DNA of 64,000 nt from Chiloscyllium plagiosum (taxonomy: Eukaryota): contig NC_057741.1 of the NCBI RefSeq assembly GCF_004010195.1, positions 1,311,584 through 1,375,583 on the forward strand. The letters are read 5' to 3'. The notes beneath the pieces were generated by a model. The model was given only the letters and a program-made list of their open reading frames with translations. It did not search any database and was not told where the DNA came from. The translations under genes were made by a program, and so were the position numbers. Below, in pieces: positions 23,497 to 37,343 of this stretch; within the stretch, counting starts at the first letter, position 1, and each line of letters begins with the position of its first letter.

Positions 23497-25339
23497 TATT
23501 TAAAATAGCTTACTACCCATTTGAAATCTTTTTCCACGTTCACATCCCTTTGACTTCAGGGCAATTTTGTACCTCTTAACCTGACTTAAACTCTTGATAG
23601 GTGACAAAAAGGAGTATAATCCAAGAGCAAGGAACCTCCTCCACTTCAATGCAGAAGCTATTATAACTTTTACAAGTTTAAGTCTTGAAATCCTATATGC
23701 ATCTGTTGAACTTGTCTCATTCTCTAAACTACATGTAAGGAGGTCAAGTAAACGTGGTTGTGCCGTTCCAAGAACATACATCTGCCACAAACCACTGAGC
23801 ATCCCATCCTACGACAAACTGTTGCTGCTTATTATAGTTCGTTTTTTCCATGTAGCAAACTGGCCAGCTACTAGGCAAGACGCTGAGGAAGAAATTGTTA
23901 AAGACGTCTTGCCTCAAAAGGAGGAGGACTTTCACAGCCTTGGGTTTTCTGGATTTTAGATGCGCTATACATTTCCCAACTATTGCTAACTTGTCTTGAA
24001 TATTGGGAATATAGCATTCCCAAGTAAGAGAGGTAAGCTGTGTTTAGGTATAGATGGAGTGTCATGTCCAGTTCTTGGCATAGCAATTTAGGAAGAATGT
24101 CAAAACCTGAGAGTGTGGGGCAGGTTTACTTGGAAGTCCAGGGGTGTTTAGATTCAGCTACATGAAGACACTAGGGAAACTGGTTTGTTCCCCTTTACAG
24201 CAGAGATGCTTAAACTAGGAATGATTTCAGTGACATCAATAAATAAAACTGTTTCCAGTAGCTGAAGGATAAAAACCAAAAGGCACTGATATAAGTTAAT
24301 TCGCAAAAGAAGCAGAGGAAATATGCAATCTGTTTGAGCAGTGAGCTATGATTTAAGAATGCATTGCTTGAAAGATGGTTGAAATCGATTAATTATTAAC
24401 TTTCAAAAGTAAATTGAATAAAATGCTTCCAATTTGCAAATTCTAGCCTTGCCTACAGCCATACTTGTCTGAAAATGTCTGACCTCAGAAACTAAGCAGA
24501 CTCCTGTCTGGTTTGTACTTGTGGTGTAGTGTTGATGTCCCACCTCTAGCCCAGGAGGCTTAAGCTGAAGTCCTGCCTGCTCCAGAGGTGTGTAATAACA
24601 TCTCTGAAGATTGATTTTTAAATACAAAAGCTTCTAGCCTTTTATGGGAATAGTGGAAAATAATAGTGTTGAGGTAAATGGTCAGATATTATCTGTTTGA
24701 ATTGTAGAGAAGACTTACTCACTACACTCCAACCAAATTGTCCATTTGGCCTGCTGCCAGGCAAAAGCTACCTGTACAATTTACTTGACGCTGTGCTATT
24801 ACATTTGGAAGGACCTCTTTAGCTCCTCAGTGGAGTATAGATTTCAAACAGAATGAATTTGGTGTATTGTTGAGTGTCTATATCTTTCTAAAAAGGTATT
24901 CTACAGCTAACGTTTAACTATATTTTGTTAAACTGTGTTAAGAAGTATGAAAATGAAGCAAGTTTCTTCCAGCCTTTGGTAGGGTAAACAACATCTGCTG
25001 GAAAGTAGCTTAACAGTTAATTCAGTAAATTAATTTGGTCTGGTGTTCTTGCAATGTGGCTCCCAAGAATATTCGTACAGGTGTAGCTTGCAAGTGGAAT
25101 ACAGAATGAGTTTGGGAGAATGTTTCTTTCGCCCTTTTTTATTTACTTCACTGTCCAGTGTTTGACTCATGCTTTGGTGTACGGAATGGAGCTTGTTGGT
25201 GATTAATGGCTGAGCTATTCTGATTGTAATCGTACAATATGACATTAGTAAAATATGACAGGACAGTTTGACCAAATGAAATGTATAGTTTGCGGAAAAT
25301 GGGAAGTCATGGGCACACCATGTGTCTGAGTTGAACATA

Positions 25340-25835
25340 TGAGCAGCAAGTAACCTCTAACTTTCAGAACTTGAGCAATGGCTTGACTCAGTGCATCGGT
25401 GAAGCAGATGACTACATGAATAGCATGTTTAGGGAGATGGTCAGATCAAAAATAGATAAGAAATGGGTCATCGTCAGGCAATCCAAGAGAACCTTCCTCA
25501 AATTGGTTTTCTGCTTTGAAAATTGGTGAAGGTGATGGTTCCTGAATGGAATCAAACAGAGTCAAGTCAGTGGCACCACATTTCAGCATCTGTAAACATT
25601 ATTCCAGGATGGTGTGTTGCTTCCCTGGTGCCAGGATCAAAAATGTCACAATCCCTGCAGGATATTCTTCTCTGGAAAAATGAATGTCTAGAGGCTGTGG
25701 CCCATTTCTGTACCAATGACTTGGGTAGAAAGGGAAGTGGGAGCTGGTTTGAGGTCCTGAAAGCAGATTTCAGAGAGTTAGGAAGGAGATTGAAAAGCAG
25801 GACCTCCAAAGCAGTATTCTCAGGATTTCTCATTG
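25340..25835 (+). mobile_element. CR1 LINE ORF1 (SGNH esterase-like) fragment
   Basis: VCCFPGARI-like and H.CTNDLGRK...LKADFRELGRRLKSRTSKAVFSG motifs. Confidence 0.75.
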
Positions 25836-25871
25836 ATCTAGTAATGTATTGCAGTCATTTCGGTAATTATT

Positions 25872-26205
25872 GCACGGTGGCTCAGTGGTTAGCCCTGCTG
25901 CCTTACAGGGACCTAGGTTCAATTTCAGCTTCAGATGACTGTCTGTGTGGAGTTTGCACATTCTCCCGTGTCTCCGTGGGTTTCCTCCGGATGCTACAGT
26001 TTCCTCCCACAGTCCAAAGATGTGCAGGTTAGGTGAATTGGCCATGCTAAATTGCCCGTAGTGTTCAAGGATGTGTGGGTTAGGTGCATTAGTTAGGGTT
26101 AAATGTAGAGTAATACGGTAGGGGAATGGGTTTGGGTGGGATACTCTTCAGAGGGTCAGTGTGGATTAGTTGGGCCAAAGAGCCTGTTCCAAACTCTAGG
26201 GATTC
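25872..26205 (+). mobile_element. HE1-type V-SINE
   Basis: tRNA-like head (TGGCTCAGTGG, GGTTCAATT), V-domain, LINE-derived tail. Confidence 0.88.
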
Positions 26206-26266
26206 TATTCCACTCTTTTCTATAATCGGAGTTGCAGGTTCATGCTTAGAATGAATAGGACTCTGT

Positions 26267-26492
26267 CTATCCTCCATATACCTATCCAATGCCCTCTTAA
26301 ATGCCCATAAAGAGGGAGAGTCCACCACTGTTACTGGCAGGGCATTCCATGAACTAACGACTCGCTGAGTGAAGAACCTACCCCTAACATCAGTCCTATA
26401 TGTACTCCCCCTTAATTTAAAGCTATGCCCCCTTGTAATACCCGACTCAATACGCGGGAAAAGGTTCATACTGTCGACCAAACCTGTGGAAT
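26267..26492 (-). mobile_element. CR1 ORF2 C-terminal fragment flanked by a 65-bp direct duplication
   Basis: TRGHSFKL...FFTQRVVSSWNALP; identical flanks at 26202-26266 and 26493-26557. Confidence 0.85.
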
Positions 26493-26747
26493 ATTCTATT
26501 CCACTCTTTTCTATAATCGGAGTTGCAGGTTCATGCTTAGAATGAATAGGACTCTGTGTCTATACCTGCAAAATCTACCAATTGGCACATATTCTACAAA
26601 CATATCTCAAAGTTGTCGTTCTATTGTGTTTAAAATTTGGTCATTCAAACTTAACAAAGCTTGGTATATTTATCAATAAATCATTTTGAATTTTTTTTAT
26701 CAAACAGTTTTTATTCTCTGAAATGGAGAATACAATTTTTCCAATAG

Positions 26748-26992
26748 TAGATTAGGTTAGATTCCCTACTGTGTGGAAACAAGCCCTTTGGCCCAACATC
26801 GACTCTCCAAAGAGGAACCCACCCAGACCCATTTTCCTCTGAATGATGCACCTAACACTGTGGGCAATTTAACATGGCCAATTCACCTGACCTGCACATC
26901 TTTAGATTGTGAAAGGAAACAGGAGCACCCGGAGGAAACCCACGTAGACACAGGGAGAATGTGCAAACTCCACACAGTCGCCTGAAGCTGGA
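26748..26992 (-). mobile_element. HE1-type SINE (5'-truncated)
   Basis: Reverse complement of the core and (TAATC)n tail. Confidence 0.85.
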
Positions 26993-28799
26993 GTAAGGTC
27001 CCTTTTATTTAGTTGATATTTAATTTTTCCAATCTGAGGATCATCTGTCAGTAAGTTCAATGTACCATATGTAGTTACAAAACTTTGAAAGGTTGAGAGT
27101 TCTTTCAGAGCCTTTTTAAAGCAAAATCATCGTCAGAAAATTGATATTGTTCATAACAACAGGAAATATAATTGGAATGAAGCAAAGCTGTATTAGACGA
27201 GTGAAATACACCATGAGGCCTATGGGATGAATTGTGTATGTTATCATTTTGTCACCTAACTACAGTCTTCAATCTTTTATTCAAACTAGCCTGCTGGGGC
27301 TTTTCATTGACCACTGCATGGTCACCCTAAATTTAATTAGTTAGTGCTGTGTGCATAGCCATCTGTCAACATTAACTGACCAGTAATTTCGAAACTACAT
27401 GCCAACTATTTACTTCTAACCAAATACCTGGAGCTTTCATCTTAAAAACACTGTGGATTTACCTGCACCACGTGGACTGCAGAACTCACCGTCACCACCT
27501 CCGGGCAGTGGAGGATGGGTAATAAATGCTGACAGAGCCAGCAAATTCCACATACTGTGGAAAGGATAAAAGATTAGTACTTTCTAAAATGTTCTCAGTT
27601 GCTACTGAAAGACTAATAAAATTGAGAGCTTATCCCTTTAAGTTAAAGAAAAACAAACTTGTTTTTCACAACCAATCCCAGAGAGAGCATTTCACAATCA
27701 ATGGAGTACTTTTGAAATGTTGAGTAACTTTCTTAATGCCCATTCTGATTACTGTTTTACTGAACAATCCAAATATTCCCCTTGCCACTACATAGCCATC
27801 ATTCCCCACCTCCCCAGTTCCTACATCATCCTGCCACAGTTTAAAAACTGTTTCCACGTTTTATACTTACACTTCTTCCCCATTTCTCTGAGAACACAGC
27901 CCTCACCAAATATTAAAGTCCGTCTCATTTTTGTGATGTAGGAAACATGTCAGTCAATTTTTGCATGGTAAGACTTCACAGTCAGGGTGTTAGCAGAACT
28001 CTCCAATTTTACTGCAAAAAGTGTAATGGAAATTTGAATATCCACAAACTTAATGTCTCATCTGTTAAGTGGAACAGTCCCTCAGTACTGTTCTGAATCT
28101 GTCTGATTTCCTGTATGGCATAACTTTAGGATATTAAGCTTCACCTAGTTGCAAGTCAGTGCTGACTATTGTTTGATATTCCCTGTTTCATGTTTGGAAT
28201 TCCATTCAAAGTAATGTGACTCTTGAAATTACGTGTTGAATTTGTTTAATTTTTTCCCAAGATAATCCTCCTTTTTATTTAAAAAGGAAAAGGAGCAGTG
28301 CTGGTATTGTAAAATAATTTTGATGGCACATGCAGCAGGAATTGCATCTTGGGACTAATTGGACAGAGGTAACTTTGCATTTGCTATCAGACCTGAAAGT
28401 CAGTTTTGAATACTGGCACAAAGTGGTTTGAATCCAGATTCCATATTTTCTAATGTGAAAAGAATGTGATAATGCAATTTAAAGAAATAACTTCTTTTAG
28501 ATGTGTGAGGTGGCTACGAAACATCAGGGTAAATCAACAATTGACCCGGCATCATGGGCAAAGCTAGATAGAGGGGTAGAGAAAGGCTCAGTGTAGACTA
28601 GCACTTTTTTAGAATGAAAGATATTTGCAATCAAACTAGCGTTATTGTTTTGATTTTTTTTAACCAACCTCTAAAGTCTGGTTGCACTTTGAAATGTGCC
28701 AGTTACAATAATCACATAGCAAACATTGGATGTCCACTTCCCATTGCCTTGCAGATTATAAAGCAAATGATGTATTGCATATGTTTCATCATCCTATAA

Positions 28800-29051
<252 letters not shown>

Positions 29052-29609
29052 TAAACAGGCATGCCACTACACAAATTTTGCTAAATGTTTGATCAATTAG
29101 GTGGAAAAGAAAATCTGAAAGCACAAAGCACCCACTCCTCCCAGTGGTAATATAGACATTTTGTAACTTAGTTTTAAATGTATTTTAAATAACTTATTAA
29201 TTTTCCATTGCATTTGGTAATTCATAAAAGATACCTGTCTTCATCTTAGAGTCATAGAGATGTACAGCATGTCCTCTCTCTTAGCTGTTTTTGCATTTGT
29301 TTTTTTTTCCCTTTGGTGTATTACCATTGACAGGATTAAGGAAATCAAAACTAAGAGAAATGTGTTGATTCTTCCATGCTTGCTTTGTGCTTTGCAGACA
29401 AATGGAGGGGAACTTACAGGTGGTGCTGCTCCCAAGTCATACACCAGTTCCATTGTCTAACAGCTCTATGGGTGACTGTAAACCACGAGGTTAACTGCTT
29501 CAGGATGGTGGTAGTTCACCACCAACTTAAGGGCAATTAGACAACTTATAAATCTTGACCTTGCCTGTTACATTCATGTCTCCAGAATGAATAAAAATGA
29601 TAAAGACCA

Positions 29610-29845
29610 CATTTGCCATTCAAAGTTTCTATACCCGTGTGAACAGATTCAAGAACAGCTTCGACCTTGCTGTTATCAGATTTTGAATGGATCTCTTAAA
29701 CGTTAATTTTGATCTCTCTTTGTGCCATCTCAGCAACTGTAACATTGGATCCTGCACTCTGTTCTGTTACAGTGATGCACTTGTATAGTAAACCATGTAA
29801 GGCAATATTTTTCATTGTACCTTGGCACATATAACAGTGATAAAT
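29610..29845 (+). mobile_element. Rex1/Babar-like LINE 3' end
   Basis: Homologous to 47310-47552; AATAAA..AAATC tail. Confidence 0.6.
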
Positions 29846-30104
29846 TAATTCAAATCAAATCAATCTTCCATCCCAAAATCAGTTGTCAGCTTCTCCATAT
29901 TATGCTATACCATACCATGCATTAGTTCTCATTGTTGCCATTAGACCAGTTTTTAATTCTAGATTTTATTAAATTGAAATTTCAGAATCTGCTAACATGA
30001 GATTCAGTTCCCAAGGGTTCTGAATTACTGGTCAAGTGACATTGCCACTTCGCCACAAATTTCTCTTGCAGTAGTTTTGTGGATCATCTAATATTTTATT
30101 TTGT

Positions 30105-31540
30105 TGTGGAGTCAATAGCACTGAAACAAACTTTTGGGTTCAACTTCTCCATGCCGACCAAAGAAAGCTGGTCCCGCTTGCCTGCAATTAACCTATATGC
30201 AGCTAAATCTTTCCTATTCATGTACTTGTCCAAATGCTTTTTATATGTTGTATCTGCACCTACTACTTCCTCTGGCAGTCCATTCCATATGTATGAAAAC
30301 ATTGCCACTCAGGTCCCTTCTAAATTTTTCTCCTCTCACTTTAAAAATATGCTCACTAGTTTTCACATCCCCCAACCTAGGGAAAAGACCTTTGTGTTCA
30401 CCTCATCTATGACCCTCATGATTTTATAAATCTGTCTCCTACACTCCAGTGAAAAAAAACGTCCCAGCTTCCTCAGCCTTTCCTTATAACTCAGATCCTC
30501 TAATCCCAGCAACATAGAATATTACAGCGCAGCACAGGCCTTTCAGTCATCAATGTTGCGCCAACCTGTGAAATTAATCTGAGGCCCATCTAACCTACAC
30601 TGTTCCATTATTATCCATATGTATGTCCAGTGCCCATTTAAATGCCCTTAATGTGAGTCTACTACTGTTGCAGACAGGTCATTCCTGCCTGCACCTCCGT
30701 ATTCTCACTAACATTGCCCGTTTCCAATGTGAATACTGGCGAAAAGTATTAATTAAGCGCTTCCCCTATGTCCTCAGATTCCACACACAACTTTTTATTG
30801 CTATCTTTGATTGGCCCTAATCTTACTCTAATCGTTCTTTTAATCCTAATATACCTATATAAGGCCTTAGGTTTTTCCTTAATCCTATCCACAAACAACA
30901 ACTTATGTCCTCTCCTGGCTGTTTGCCCTCTCTTTACGTCAACCTGGTAAATGTTTTCTGAACCCTCTCCAGCTTAATAATATCCTCCCTCTAACAGGGC
31001 AATCAGAACTGCACACCATACTCCAGAAGAGGCCTCACCAATGTCCTGTACAACCTCAACATGATGTCACAACCGCCATACTCAACGGTCTGTGCAATGA
31101 AGTCAAGCTGTTAAACGCCTTCTTAACCATCCTGTCTGCCTGCAACACAACTTTCAAAGAACTATATCCCTGAGCCCCTAGGTCTCTCTGTTCGACAACA
31201 TTCCCCAAGACCTTACCATTAACTGTGTATTGCCCTTGTATTTTGCTAAAATGAACAATACCTTGAATTTATCCAAATTAAACTCCATCTACCACTCCTC
31301 AGCCCTTTGGCCCAATTGATCAAGATCCCTTTGTAACCTTATATAACCTTCTTCACTGTCACCTATACCATCAATTTTGGTGTCATCCACAAATTTATTA
31401 ACCATGCCTCCAAAATTCTTATCCAAGTGGTTTATATAACTGAGAAATAACAGTGGACCCAACGGCGATCTCTGCGGAATACTGCTGGTCGCAGGCCTCC
31501 AATGCCAAAAACAATCCTCCGCCACCACCCTCTGTTCCCT
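30105..31540 (-). mobile_element. CR1 LINE RT/3' region with nested CR1 pieces (about 30515-30945)
   Basis: PQRSPLGPLLFLSYINHLD...KFVDDTKI and WNGLPEEVV. Confidence 0.85.
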
Positions 31541-32037
31541 GATGTATACCTCAGTGGATAAAGAACAGTATCCCGTTTGTCATCTTGATTATTTTATTTA
31601 CCTGGAAAATTGCGATGGAGTGTTTTTTCCACAAAAAGCAGGACCACCCTATCAATCCATTTGCAAACATGAGCAAATATCGGAAAGTGTCATTAATAGT
31701 GTCATCAGGCAAAAACTAATTTTGCTCAGCATTTCTTGGTTTGGATTTTGTCAGGACCATTTAGCTTTGGATCTTAGTCCACCCCTACTCCAAGCATGGC
31801 CAAAAGAGATAAGTAGAAGATGTAACAGGAGAATAACTAATCTTGAAATCAAGGCAGCATTTGATTAAGTGTGTTGCCATTTTAAATTATTCTTTGTGTT
31901 TTTCAAATTTAGAGTACTCTTTTACACATCTGAACGTTCTTATCCCATCAGCAAATCATTCACGTTTTTTTAAAATTTATTAACCACTACCAATAAATTA
32001 CCCATGTATTCCATTTAATTAATTTGCATGCAATGCC

Positions 32038-32489
32038 TGTTAAGGACAATGCAGACTACCAAAGGTGAGGGAGATGTAGAGTTTACTTTGTTGAGTCCTA
32101 GACTTCTGGAAGTTACTCTGGTAGTTGTGTAGTTAACTTAGTGTTGTAATACATGCCCGGGATCATATTACAGGGCTCCAGTAACAGATAATGGTAGTGC
32201 ACTATGATAGGCTAGTTAAATCTCTGGTAGATGAGCTAATGGTGAAGATGATGGTGTTGTAATATAGGGAACCAGTGTGGCAGACGATGATTAGTTTAGA
32301 AAGACAAAGCAAGCCAGTATGATTGGTTATGCTAATGTATCCAATAAGCGCGGGAACAATAACTGTATAAACTGCAGTGAGACAAAGGCTTGGTGGGCAA
32401 TCGGGAAGCCATTAGCTGATTGCCACAGCTTTTGCAAATTAAAGTTTAACTTCGTGAGGGATTTTCTACATCTCCTGGTAATTTTTACA
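32038..32489 (+). mobile_element. Possible solo LTR
   Basis: TGT...ACA ends, TATA-like TGTATAAAA and ATTAAA near the 3' end; no convincing TSD. Confidence 0.35.
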
Positions 32490-33565
32490 GATTATTGAGT
32501 GATTCTTCCACAACAGACTCAATTATTGTCAGCTGATTCTTCAACAAACTTCCCTCCACCTTAACTCAGAAGTGGAGGTTTTCATAGGTTATTGCAGCGT
32601 TCAGTCTCATTCACAATTTTTCAGATACTGAAACAGTCAATGCCCATATGCAGCAATTTCTGGGCAAAAATCAAACTTGGGACAAGGGGATTTGCATCAC
32701 CCAAGTGCCCAACAATAACTATCTACCTCAAAAGAGAAGCTGGCCATCTCCCCATGATGTTCAAATGTATTGCCATCTCTGACTACCCCAAAATCGATGT
32801 CCTGTGGTTAGTTATCCAGAAATGCAATTGGAGCAGCCATATTAATATTCTGGCTGCAAGAGCAAAGTTTGGAGATTCTGTGGTGAGTCATTCACCACCC
32901 GAGTCCCTAAAGCCTGTACAATGTATCAGAGACAAATCAGAAGTGTGATGGAATACTGAATAAGTACCTGAATGAAGGTTGCCACTACTTGAGATAAAGC
33001 ACCCCACTCGATCACCAGTGCAAGCCATCTGCAAGTGCATTGCAACAACCAAATCTCCTTCAAAAGCATCTTCTAAACTGATGACATCTATCACCTAGAA
33101 GACCAAGAGCAACCTATTCAAAGGAATGCGAGTGCCTACAAGTTCCCTCCCAAGTCACACACCATCAATGTTAGCTCTCCCTTTTATACTGCTGCTTCAA
33201 AATTCTGAAACAAACTCCTTAACACTGTGTGTCCGTACACCATATAGAATCCTTTAATCTTAAATATTAATAATGTGTTTTTCTTTGTTTTTTCCTTGGT
33301 CTTTATTCACATTCACCATAATTAGTTTGCTGCTTTTTGTCTTCCATTGGAAAGCACATCCCTTGAACTCTTTACACTTTTAGAGATTTCTCAGTATTTT
33401 TCTGATTCTTTATTTGTCACATTTGCTCCCAGCTTATCTTCCTTAGTTCCACCAAAATCATAATGTGTTCCTTTCCATACTATTGCACCACACTTTGCCT
33501 AATTGTACAATATTCTGTTCACTGCTACTCAGATGATCTCCTACTTTTGCTTCTCCTATTTGTTG

Positions 33566-33945
33566 TAGAGTCATAGAGATATACAGCACGGAAACAGACC
33601 CTTTGGTCCAACTTGTCCATGCCGACCAGATATCCCAACCCAATCTAGTCCCACCTGCTAGCACTTGGCCCATATCCCTCTAAACTCTTCCTATTCATAT
33701 AACCATCCAGATGCCTTTTAAAGCTTGCTACTGTACTAACCTCCACCACTTCCTCTGGTAGCTCATTACATACACATACCATCCTTTGTGTGAAAACCTT
33801 GCTCCTTAAGTCTCTTTTACATCTTTCCCTTCTCACCCTATACCTAAACCCTCCAGTTCTGAATTCACCCACCCCAGGCAAACGACTTTGTCTGTTTACC
33901 CTATCCATGCCCCTCATGATTTTATAAACCTCTATAAAAGCCTCC
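33566..33945 (-). mobile_element. CR1 LINE 3' end
   Basis: IEVYKIMRGMDRVN...NELPEEVVE; CTCTATGACTCTA tail. Confidence 0.88.
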
Positions 33946-34339
33946 GACACTCCAAGGAATTCATCAATGTTAGACATTGGAACATTCCAAAAGAAAATCT
34001 GCACCTCGAGCAAGGTACAGCAAAGAATTTTTAACTGTGGTATATCCAACTTTATAATTCGTATCTACCCACATTGCAAAACAGAGTAGTTAATGGAAGA
34101 GATAGGCAACAGGACCTGAAATCTTTGTGACTCCCTAAACTTTATTCCACTCTATGACACCATTGGGATGTTAAATTGTCATGACTTTTCAATAACACTG
34201 CCTGTGTAGGCAGTGGTGGCAAGAGGAACAGAAGCCTGCTGAGTGAGACTGCAGTTATTGTAACACAGTAAAAGTTCTGCAGTGGTCATTGCTGCCTACG
34301 AACCTGCAAGTGGGAGGATTCTCTGCATAACTTGACACC

Positions 34340-34592
34340 GTCCTGTCCCTCTTGATCCAGGAACTCCCCACCTACGTTCAGTACACCACCCACGCCCTCC
34401 ACCACCTACAGGACTTTCGTTTCCCCGGCTCCCAATGCCTCACCTTCATCATGGATATCCAATCCCTGTACACTTCCATCCGTCATGACTAAGGCCTCCA
34501 AGTTTCTTCCTCTCGCATCGACCCAACCAGTACCCTTCCACTGACACACTCATTTCATTGGCTGAACTGGTTCTCACCCTCAACAATTTCTG
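34340..34592 (+). mobile_element. Penelope-like RT fragment
   Basis: PLIQELPTYVQ.T, MDIQSLYTSI.H and LAELVLTLNNF motifs. Confidence 0.75.
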
Positions 34593-34780
34593 GTTTAATT
34601 TTGTTGCACAGTCCACTAGTAATCCTTCTTAGAATTCCGATGTACTGGGTGAACAGTCCTATATATGCAGTAAAACCTTAAATACTGTTTGTCCTTTCAC
34701 CATTTCTTCCTGTCTGTCAATGTCTCTTATGATTATTCTTATTATTTTCTATCTCCAGTTCCCTAGATGATTCCCTACAG

Positions 34781-35212
34781 GGTGGCATGGTGGCTCGTTG
34801 GTTCACACTGCTGCCTCACAGCGCCAGGGACCCGGGTTCAATTCCAACCTCGAGTGACTGTCTGTTTCCCCGTGTCAGCGTGGGTTTCCTCTGGGTGCTC
34901 TGATTTCGTCCCACAGTCCAAAAATATGCAGGTCAGGTGAATTGGCCGTACTAAATTGCCCATAGTATTAGGTGCATTAGTCAGTGGGAAATTAGAATTA
35001 GAAACCCTACAGTGTGGAAACAGGCCCTTCGGCCCAACAAGTCCACACCAACCCTCCGAAGAGTAACCCACACAGACCCGTTCCCCTACCCTATATTTAC
35101 CCCTGACTAATAACCTACACTATGGGCAATTGAGTCAGTTCACCTGACCTGCACATCTTTGGATTGTGCGAGGAAACCGGAGCATCCAGAGGTTGAGCTA
35201 CCGTGCCGCCCT
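34781..35212. mobile_element. Two HE1-type SINEs in opposite orientation (34781-34990 +, 34991-35212 -)
   Basis: SINE head and core on plus, followed by reverse-complement tail and core. Confidence 0.8.
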
Positions 35213-35233
35213 CGGTGGGTTCCCCTTCTTTAT

Positions 35234-35588
35234 GGGCAGCACGGTGGCACAGTGGTTAGCACTGCTGCCTCACAGAGCCAGAGACCCGGGTTCAATTCCC
35301 GCCTCGGGCGACTGACTGTGTGGAGTTTGCACATTCTCCCCGTGTCTGCGTGGGTTTCCTCCGGGTGCTCCGGTTTCCTCCCACAGTCCAAAGATGTGCA
35401 GGTTAGGTGAATTGGCCATGCTAAATTGCCCGTAGTGTTAGGTAAGGGGTAGATGTAGGGGTATGGTGGGTTGCGCTTCGGCGGGGCAGTGTGGACTTGT
35501 TGGGCCGAAGGGCCTGTTTCCACACTGGAAGTAATCTAATCTAATCTAAGTAATCTAATCTAATCATGATTAGAATCTAATCTAATCA
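35234..35588 (+). mobile_element. Full-length young HE1-type V-SINE
   Basis: A box TGGCACAGTGG, B box GGTTCAATTCC, V-domain, CR1-like 3' end and (TAATC)n tail. Confidence 0.92.
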
Positions 35589-36049
35589 TGTCTATTGTGT
35601 GCTCCTATTAGAGTGATGAAACCTTTTAAATGAATTTAAATGAACCTTTTAAATTAGCTTTTAAATGAATTTTCATGTCTTTCTATATCTGTTACATCTT
35701 ATTTTGCCACCAGTCTGTCATCTTTAATGGATAAAGTTGCTTTGCCTCTACTTTCCTTTCCTATCTTTTCTGTAAGTGTTACGCCAGCAATTTTGTCTCT
35801 TTAGCCATCATCACCATGTCCAGGCCTTCTGTACGAATTATGTGTTGAGATCATTTTAAAATATGTTGCATATATTATGCATCATTGATTTAATCTTTTT
35901 AATGGTATTTCTCCCTCTTTGCATGATCAATTTAATCTTTTTAATGATATTTCTCCCTTGCTGTCATTAGTAGTTATTATACCCTTGTGCTCTAAGACTT
36001 TATCTGATCTCTGACCATTACAGTTTAATTTCCACAGCAATTCCTGTAT

Positions 36050-37150
36050 TGTAAGCAATCTAAATAGTCATTGTTGCAGCTGTGCAGGGAACGTGGTGAA
36101 AGCACTCTTGAAACTGTTGTCATTCTCCCATTTACAATGTAACTACCCCAGTCTGTATTTGGATAGTCAAAGTTTCCCCTTATGATTACTCATAATATGT
36201 GCACCTTTGTAATTTTCTTCTAATTCTGCATCTTTCCAATGAGTTATAGGGCTGTAGATTGTACCAAGCAATGTAGTTAACCTTTTTTTGTTCCTTGGAT
36301 TTCTTAAGTCAGTGTTGGTCCTTGACACCTCTGGGACATATCACTCTCATACTCTTGCCAGCACTTGCAATTAGTACTGTCACCCTTGCCACGTTTCCTC
36401 TTTTTCTGTCTTTACGGAACAGCTTGTTTCCAGGGATACTTAGCACCCAGACCTTTCCTTCATTTAGCATATCTTTGTTATAACCACAATATTATATTTC
36501 CACATGGCAGTCTGTGCCTGTAGCTCACCAACCCTATTTAGCCACATTGCGCGTTCATTCACAGGCTTATAGTAATGTATTACTTCCAATGTACAGTGTG
36601 AACCTACCTAATAACTTACTATTTTTTCTTTATTACCTTTATCCAAAGCAGAAATATTCCCTTCCATCTCACTGCCTAGCATTCTAACTCCTTACTCTTC
36701 TCTTCTACTTGCATATGCTAGTCTCCCTGTGAATGTACTTTTAACACTCTTCAACCACAATAGTGGACCTCTTTGCAAGGTGAGGTGCAACCTGTCCCTT
36801 TTGTGCTGCTGGGACTGATGAGTACAACACCTTCTGGCTTGTTCCCCTCCTCCTGCAGAATATTCTGTATCCTTTCTGTGATATCCTTTTATTCTGGCAC
36901 CAAACAAAGCAATGCACCGCGTAGGACTCATTGTGACAGTTATGAAATTATCTATCTGAAATCTCCACAACAGTTCCATTTCTCAACTTTGCTGTTCTCA
37001 TCTGTTCGGTCTCTTTGCCAATAGTGTTATGGTCTGCACTGAATTCCTGCAAACCACTGTCACTCCTAGCAATATCCAAAGTTTAGCATCTGTTTCAGAG
37101 TGGTGCACACCCTGGAGATTGATAAGCATCCGACCTCTTCCTGATGGTCA
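36050..37150 (-). mobile_element. Old CR1 LINE ORF1/endonuclease remnant
   Basis: Degenerate DG.HL, DIVVITE.WL and G.GD-type motifs on minus. Confidence 0.5.
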
Positions 37151-37343
37151 AGCACAAGATAATTGAAATTTCATGAAGTTCCCATATTGTGCAGGAATTA
37201 CAAGCAATAAATCATGGATGCCCATCCAAGATGAAAACTATCTTTTTTAACATTCAACCCTGTTTGAAGTATTAATTTAAATGGTAACCTCTGTAGCTGT
37301 TTTGAGTTTGTAACCTTGTTAATTTGCATGCTATTTGCAGTAT

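Noticed and set aside
23500-23960. Overlapping 100-121 aa ORFs in the TMEM144 intron
   Set aside because: No recognisable domain, no Met-initiated frame with splice support, and not needed for the TMEM144 frame.
35234-35305. Additional tRNA genes at SINE heads (also 25872, 34781, 38865)
   Set aside because: A/B boxes are present, but they continue into the V-SINE body and lack a proper cloverleaf and terminator.
35884-35958. Short ~42-bp-period tandem duplication
   Set aside because: An ordinary slippage-type duplication in AT-rich intron with no sign of function.
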